A DNA stretch of 64,000 bases from positions 109,554,001 through 109,618,000 of the forward strand of contig OX597817.1 of assembly GCA_951406725.2 (NCBI GenBank), read 5' to 3'. Position numbers and translations under genes: made by a program. Positions 56,420 to 64,000 of the stretch are shown in pieces (position 1 is the stretch's first letter; each line of letters opens with the position of its first letter). The notes beneath the pieces were generated by a model. That model saw only the letters and a program-made list of their open reading frames with translations, made no database searches and was not told the DNA's origin. The stretch comes from Octopus vulgaris (Eukaryota).

Positions 56420-58089
56420 TACATTTAAGACACCCGGCGTTGTAAAGATCTGATAGAATGATGAAAATTCTGCATAAATTTATTATTTGAAACATGGCTA
56501 CCATATCATTTTAACACAGATTTACAGTTAAAGGTGTTCTCGCAATTTAGTAAAACATACGCAAATAACCACATGAAAGGGATTCATAATATGTAACGTT
56601 CCTCGGGGATGTTTGCGGCACCTTTGCTTACTTTCAGCATTGATACAAGTATTCTAGGTTTTAACAATGAGCACCTAGTATACACCTTTCCATGATTGAT
56701 CCAGAGCTCTTCTCACTGCAATCTACCTACTTTGAACATCTGACCATATAATTTGTAAATGAACCTTCCAGACATTAGGCATACTTGAATTTAGCGTCTA
56801 ACTTTAATACGTCAATACAGCGGCGAGAAACTTTTGCGTAGCAAGACATTTACTAAACAAACACGGGAAACATTATTGAATATCGCTGGAAAGCATTATT
56901 TTTAAAGCCTTATTTTTGAAGCGTAAAATATGAAATATTTCATATACACAACGAGGAAGTGGCATATTGTGAAAACTGGGGAATATATATTTATATAATA
57001 GTAAACATTTACGAATACGCGTTGGGCCAAAACCCGTTTTACCATGAAATAGTGAAAAATCTTTCATTGTGATTTCATAACCCGTTATCTATAAAGTTAT
57101 TCACATTGGGAAAAAATCCTATTTGTGAAATATATGGGAAAATTTTGTTTGTAACAGTAGATGATCCGTGTACAGAAGAAGATACTCGAGAATTTGAATC
57201 CACGTTTTAGTTTTCTTGATAAATAATCAGAGAACGGTTACATCTTCAAGTTAGTGAATGACCGTGTGCATATAATTGAATATGTTTAAGGAAGCAGGAA
57301 GATTGAATGTGGGTTTATAGGTGAACACGCGTGTATGTGTTGGTATATTCAATTTAAAAAATACAATCGTTTAGCTTTTAAATGCTATCCTTTGTAGTGT
57401 GTAAGAAATTTTCGTGGACAGACAGACAGAGACATATAGATAGATAAGTAGAGACATAGAGATCAAGAGAAAGACCGGTAGAGAAAATAAAAAAAGCAAA
57501 TTTGGAAATATTATTTACAAGAAGACTCAAGCGTAAAGTATAATGTATTTGACATGTTCATATTCTGTGGTATAAGACATTATACTGGCGTGTGAATATG
57601 TCGAAATGATCTCAAAATGAGCATATTCAACAAATATTACATATAAATCTTCGATTGTTTTAGCCATTTACTTTATCGTCTGCAAATAATATTTCATGTT
57701 TTTCAGTTAATGTTTCTGAATCCACGATTTACGTCTGTTGGACAAATAGTTATATTTACAATTGCTTCCTTATTGTTTTTATTGAATAAACCTGGATATG
57801 TGTGAAGCTATGTTTGCGTGCGTATGTAAGACCAACATTCACAAACTGTTATTTATATATATATATGCAAACATATCCATAAACAAACATACTACAAAAT
57901 ATGCTCACTTAAATATACAAACAAACACACCCATTTACGTTTATAAAGCAATAAATAATTAATTGTGAATATGACTATTTGTCAGGAACCGATTTATATA
58001 GACAGACAAAAGAAAATAGGTAATTTAAAGCATAAATCTAGAAGCAGTTCTCTCTCACTCTCTCTCTCTTTCTCTCACCCACACATTCA

Positions 58090-58158
<69 letters not shown>

Positions 58159-58239
58159 GTGTGTGTGTGTGTGTGTGTGTGTGCTGATATGTATATGTAT
58201 GTATATGTATTTGTATTACTTTCTAACACAGGCACATAG

Positions 58240-58385
58240 CCTCGAAAATAAGGTACTTGACTGGTTCCTTATATCGTCGCCTCGGAGAGATGAAGCACAG
58301 AGTTGACTTGGGTGGCATTTTAACTTGCAAGGTAGAGTCTGAACAAGTATAGCAAGACATTTTGTCTCTTACAATTTTGCTAATG
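58240..58385 (-). mobile_element. SINE family B remnant
   Basis: GTACTTGACTGGTTCCTTAT...AGAGTTGACTTGGGTGGCATTTTAACT. Confidence 0.55.
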
Positions 58386-59429
58386 TATTACTCTAATAAC
58401 ATTGTTTTCAACAGTAAGCGGTGTAGCTAAAGCAATGGTTGGATAATAGCTGGAAAATGGAGGACAGAGGTATGGATAAAATATCCTATAGCCCATTACA
58501 TGGAAAGATATCCCGAGAGCATTAAGTCTTCATCCAATATATATGAGTACGTACGTGCATCCACACATCTCAGTGTAAGCAAGAAACGAAGAACGAGATT
58601 TCGATAGTGAAGCTGCAGTGTTGTTATAATTAGTAAAATTAACCCTTACCCTTTCGTATTTCAACAATTCTCAAATAAAATATATGATCAGAAGATCGGA
58701 GCCGTGAAGCTGAGTTCGGAAAATGTGAAGAGCTGGCTTCAGTGAATATAATACATATATGTTTGTACAAGCGCGTACGTGTGCGAGCGCGTGTGTGTAT
58801 GTATGTGTGTTTGATAAGTTATATCGGATCGCTTCTCAACCGATTATAGTATTTTTACTATTGTTGTTGCTGTTGCTCTTCCTTTTGTAGTTGTAGCAGA
58901 TGTTATTGAAAACTGCGTCATGTCAGCCCGGATAGAAAAGACATAAGATAAATTTTAGATATAGTGCATGTAGCATCACACAATTCACCCCACTATTGAT
59001 TCTGAAGAACGCAATGTTATTAAAACAGTATGTGCTGTTTCTAACAGATCGAGCGATCATCCGGTGGTTATCAGTTTAGCAAGCATAGAATTGTTTGGTG
59101 TTCATTCTCGGCAGTACTATTTACATCTTCATGGATAATGCCATTTGAGAGTAAATCGTTTTAATAGTCGGGCCACTCTACAAGTTGTTCTGTCATCCAT
59201 CAAACTTGCAATAAGGATTCTCGTATAAATGTGCTGTGGTTACTGTTGAAGACACTGTTATTCGAGTAATATATTAGCAGAATTATAAGAGATTTGCTGC
59301 ATTTGTCCAGGCTTTGCATTCTAATGTGCAGTGGAAGAGAAATAGATCAAGTAGAATTAAAAAAGAACGCGAATTATTAGATATTCGGTCGCAATATACA
59401 GCACTTAAAATGAAAGTATATACAATGGC

Positions 59430-59438
59430 TATATAAAG
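59430..59438 (+). promoter_or_regulatory. Candidate TATA box for the 60042 peptide gene
   Basis: TATATAAAG about 47 bp before a GTATGG donor (59485). A branch/acceptor CTGAT..CTTTCAG ends at 60040. Weak evidence in AT-rich DNA. Confidence 0.25.
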
Positions 59439-59903
59439 GGTAATTTCAAACGTAAGAGTGCATATACAGAAAACAATCCCAGAAGTATGGATGGAAATAC
59501 ACCAGTTTTATAAAGCTAAATTCAAAAGTACGACTGCACATGCAACGTTATAAGCATGTGGTGACGAAAGTATAGATGGATATATGATCCTTATATAAAG
59601 AAATATTCCAAAACTCTGGATGCATAGACTTCGGTTATAAAATAGTCAGTTCAACTTTGTACATTCACACTCTATTCTCAATAAACATAACCATGAACTT
59701 AACCATTGAATTAATGATAGTATGGCTGTTAAGTCACGTGTTGTGCATCATTTAATATCATAATCGGTATAACTGGAACAATGTAGAAACGTACGTAAGG
59801 AACAAATGATATAAACTCGTGTTTATTATAATTTCTCCTGTATATATGTATGTGTATGTGTATACGTATATACATACACACACACACATATATATATATA
59901 TAC

Positions 59904-59959
<56 letters not shown>

Positions 59960-60041
59960 AGTGTGTGTAAGGCTGGATGTGCAACTGTTACTTTGAGTTT
60001 AAAGCTCCATGTAGACTATCTTTATCTGATCTGCTTTCAGT

Positions 60042-60283
60042 ATGATGGCTCGGTTACTACTATACTTAGCAGTATTACTGATTATGATATACAAAGCCGA
60101 ATGTTGGAGGAATTATGATAAGCACAAGTTTATATCATTTGGTCCCTGCGTACATTTTCCCAATTGTGGTTGTTTGGAACCTCTGCGTTGGATGCTTGTC
60201 CACAACAGATCCTCAAGGAGAAACTTTATTGCAATACGTTAGGAAACGTTTTTATGATCTGTTGTGATTATGTATCCAATTGA
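60042..60283 (+). CDS. Candidate secreted cysteine-rich peptide (one-base frameshift; possibly a pseudogene)
   Basis: Signal-peptide-like MMARLLLYLAVLLIMIYKAEC begins 1 nt after a splice acceptor. As assembled it is 66 aa. Adding one T at 60173-60175 gives 80 aa ending FGTSALDACPQQILKEKLYCNTLGNVFMICCDYVSN*. Confidence 0.5.
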
Positions 60284-61242
60284 ACTTGGAACCTCCAATA
60301 CAGAGGTTCCAAGTTCAATATGACTTCAATGTAGAAACGTACGTAAGGAACAAATGATATAAACTCGTGTTTATTATAATTTCTCTTGTCTATATGTGTG
60401 TGTATGTGTATACGTATATGTAAATGCATAAGTAGATCCATACATATATGTGTATATGTATATATAAATACATAAATATATCTACCACACGCACACAAAC
60501 ACACACACATGCATACATATATATGTATATATCCAAGTCTATAGATACATATATAACGGTTATATAAAATAAAATTCCTAAAGTGAAAACGTGGCAGTTC
60601 GTGGCTCTTAGCATTTCTGCCATTCACACTCTATTCTCAATAATTAACATAATCTTAATTGAAGCTGGCAGGCAAGAAGGACGGATGATTTGGAAGCCCC
60701 ATAGAACTGGACAATTTTGTATTCAATAAACGAAAGTAAGACTTAGTGTATGTGTACGAAAGATGTAGGAATACGAATGAGAAGTGATTTGGCTGACATG
60801 AGGAAAATTCTACGAAACATAGCATAAAATAAGCTTGACATTGTTTTCCATAATAAAGATATCAAAATGACAATACTGTGTTAATAATCGACAGCACAAT
60901 GGTGAATTACTATAATTTTATGTAGCAGCCAGTTGGAACACTTAGAAATTACATGAACTTATCCATTGAATTAATGACAGTATGGGTGTTAAGAAACGTG
61001 TTGTTCATTCAATATCATAATCGGTATAACTGGAATTATACAAAGCCACTTTAGTGAACATATTGACAGGTTACGTTTAAAGATAGATACAGTCGCCTTT
61101 CAGGAAATAGCGATATGTACTTCAAATAATGATAGCATTATCATACATTGCGTATATTAACTTTGTACATTGCACGCATGTTTTCCAAGATGCGCACCTC
61201 TACATATATATAATATATATACATGTGTGTGTGTGTGTATAA

Positions 61243-61295
<53 letters not shown>

Positions 61296-61410
61296 TATAT
61301 ATACCGTAGCGGATCTATTTCTAGCATATGGGTGTCCACATAGTGGTTTCCCTCCAATATATATATGTGTGTATATATATATGTATATATGTATATATAT
61401 ATATATACAT

Positions 61411-61581
<171 letters not shown>

Positions 61582-62841
61582 TAATTGAACGTTAAAGTGA
61601 AGAATCGACCAATACTTTTCAATAGAGTACCATATTTATTTATTTTTTACAACGAAACGTCGAAGTTTTAACTTTTTGACCGTCATGGTTTGGTTTTCAT
61701 TTCTCAAAACTGATAATTCTAGCTAGTCTATCCGATGTGCTGATTTTCCCTCACTGGTTCGAAATGTTGGTGGTAGATTAGTGTTAGTTATGGTAGTATT
61801 GATGTTGCTATTTCAAATTTTGCTTCTTTCATTCTTGTTGCAGTTGTTATCAACGTGGTCTTATTGTTCATAACCCTATGCCAGTACTATTTGAGAAACC
61901 TATGATTCAAGATGCTACAACCAAGACCATTCTCAACAGGTGAATGAGTTACAGAGGGGAATATTATCTTCAGTCCTAATACGTGCAGTAAAAACAACAA
62001 GCCCCAATACTTACAAACACTAACACATATATTGCCTGCCTTAAGAAACGATACCATAAATACCATATGCTTGTGAAATTCCTTTAGTGATACACCAAAC
62101 CCATAATTGAAGACTGTAGAATAAAAACGTTTGAACATCGCATAGACTGATTATCAGAAAGCTTTTGGCAGATTCCCCCTCAGATTTTCGAAGCGTTAGC
62201 CAACAGTACGGTGACACTAATATTAAGCATGTACATGAAACATGTTATTATAAATAGTAAATAATTATACAGATCAACCCATAATAAGAAATTATAAAAC
62301 GACAATACTCAAAGGGGAACTTTTTCTCCTTCCTAATATCGCCATTTCTTTTCTGGTACGTATTAACACGTTAACGAACATACTAATCCAGACTAGATGC
62401 AATAGCATGTATTTGTAAACGGATAACTTCTAAGTGTATGACGTAAATCACAGGAAACTAGAAACACTGCCACGTATAGTGCATAGATCTATCTAGGTTT
62501 TTAAATGTGTCAAAGCAACATGTAGGAGAATAAGTGAAAATATTAATATCATGTTACGTAAGAGAATTAGACCGAACACAGGATTACAAATACTAAGAAT
62601 TGATTAGCTAAACAGAGAATAACGAATACAAATGAAATGAGGAAAAACAAAAGAAAGGAACTATTATGAACAGAAGCGTAAAATTGATATTTCAAACTAC
62701 TCTAAATGCTGCAGTTATGGTAATAGAGATCAAACCTCTAGCTATTCGAGTAATAAATTATAGTTATGATATTCACAACAGGAGGCTAAGTGAAGCAGCA
62801 AGTCTAAATAGTAAATCAATAAAATAACTGCATGTCTAACA

Positions 62842-63164
62842 GCTTTTGGCTCATAATAGTAACAGACACACTCTTGAGCGCCATAATCCCAAATGCTGGA
62901 GTCCCGAAAGATCAGTTTCCAAAAAATAATTCAGGAAAAATAAATAAATAATAATAATATAATTTCTTAAAAAAACATTTATTTGATGTTTCAAAAAAGG
63001 GATTTACTTGAGAAGCATATTAAATCGATTTTGAAATGAAAAAATAACGATAATAAAAACTTAATGTAAGGATTTCAACAAATGGGGATTGTAATCTTTC
63101 GGGGTTTCAGCATTCAGGATTATGGCGTTGAGGATTGTGTATTTTGTTATTATAATAGGCACCC
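62842..63164. mobile_element. Ricksha-like MULE/MuDR MITE
   Basis: Long TIRs CGCCATAATCCCAAATGCTGGAGTCCCGAAAGAT / ATCTTTCGGGGTTTCAGCATTCAGGATTATGGCG built from AATCCC-type subrepeats, resembling Ricksha ends as recalled. No TSD visible. Confidence 0.7.
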
Positions 63165-64000
63165 ATTTCGAATACATTAATCAAAATACAGCACAGATGA
63201 TTATATTAACTTCGAATACAGGAAAATATTGGTATTCTGAAACTAGAATATTATTTTAAAAATATTCGCTATAGCCAATGTTTCACTACAGTTTTAAAAA
63301 ATCCAGTAAACAATAAAATAAATCTATAACAAATAGCTACAAAAGTGCTTTCTCTGTTCACACGAATAATTATAAAACAAAGGTTGAGATTCCTGGGGAG
63401 AGGATGGAAAATCAATGACAAGAACTATTAGAAAAAATTAAAAACTAAATCGAAAACAGGGATTGCAATGTCATTCTAAGATGTTGGCAAGAAAACACCC
63501 ATACGTGAAAAAACTGGGGAATGTTATTTATGATTACAGGTGTGGGAAACATAGAAAATTCTAATTTTACTCTGCGTATATATTCATATACATATATATT
63601 ATATATACCTGAAATGAGGCCTTAAGCCAAAATTCTTCTTCCAATATTACCATGACAGTCAATACTACCATACAGAGAATCGGAAACACATTCAACAATT
63701 TTGTATATATTTGTATCTGAGAAATTCAGATCAAATCCATCTTTATTTCACAGAAACCTGTTTGCAATGCTCTAGTGTAATTTACCTTATGCTCGTTAGG
63801 TATTTTCCGGACTGATTAGAAGAAGAGTTTTATATTTCTCCTTGTACGTCAGAGAAAATGTACGTAATTCTGCACCCCTATCGAGAGTTCACTTCTATCA
63901 GCATTTAACCTATCGGCGAAATGTAGCTCTTTGTTTTCATATATTTTGCATATATTCAGATATTTCGTCAGATTTCACTTGCATCCAGTCAGGAGTTACA

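Noticed and set aside
61597-61668. GTGAAGA...GAAACGTC-GAAG hammerhead-like fragment
   Set aside because: Stems I and II do not pair convincingly.

Overview
This is a very AT-rich, microsatellite-dense eukaryotic window. The SINE families and the (TA)n/(GATA)n/(TAA)n landscape point to a coleoid cephalopod, most likely Octopus (inference, not database-verified). No intact conserved host gene is evident, and almost all ORFs in the track are translated microsatellites. Recognisable content: (1) a 5'-truncated, disabled Neptune-type Penelope-like retroelement (RT, Cys linker, GIY-YIG) at about 11.8-15.0 kb; (2) an R4/Dong-type 3' end in (TAA)n; (3) RTE fragments; (4) two internally deleted mariners, a hAT-like MITE and a Ricksha-like MULE MITE; (5) about 15 tRNA-derived SINE copies. 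The most notable signal is a recurrent set of hammerhead-ribozyme (HHR) motifs. One lies in the Penelope 3' region. Several more lie in short non-coding cassettes embedded in (TA)n/(TAA)n tracts, often as fold-back palindromes, including a back-to-back twin HHR at 55.5-55.7 kb. This suggests an ORF-less, microsatellite-targeting ribozyme mini-element family mobilised by Penelope-like elements. Also notable are a candidate secreted Cys-rich peptide gene at 60.0-60.3 kb (one-base frameshift, antisense fold-back copy) and a local templated insertion that interrupts the Penelope RT. All structures were read by eye; no folding or database searches were run.
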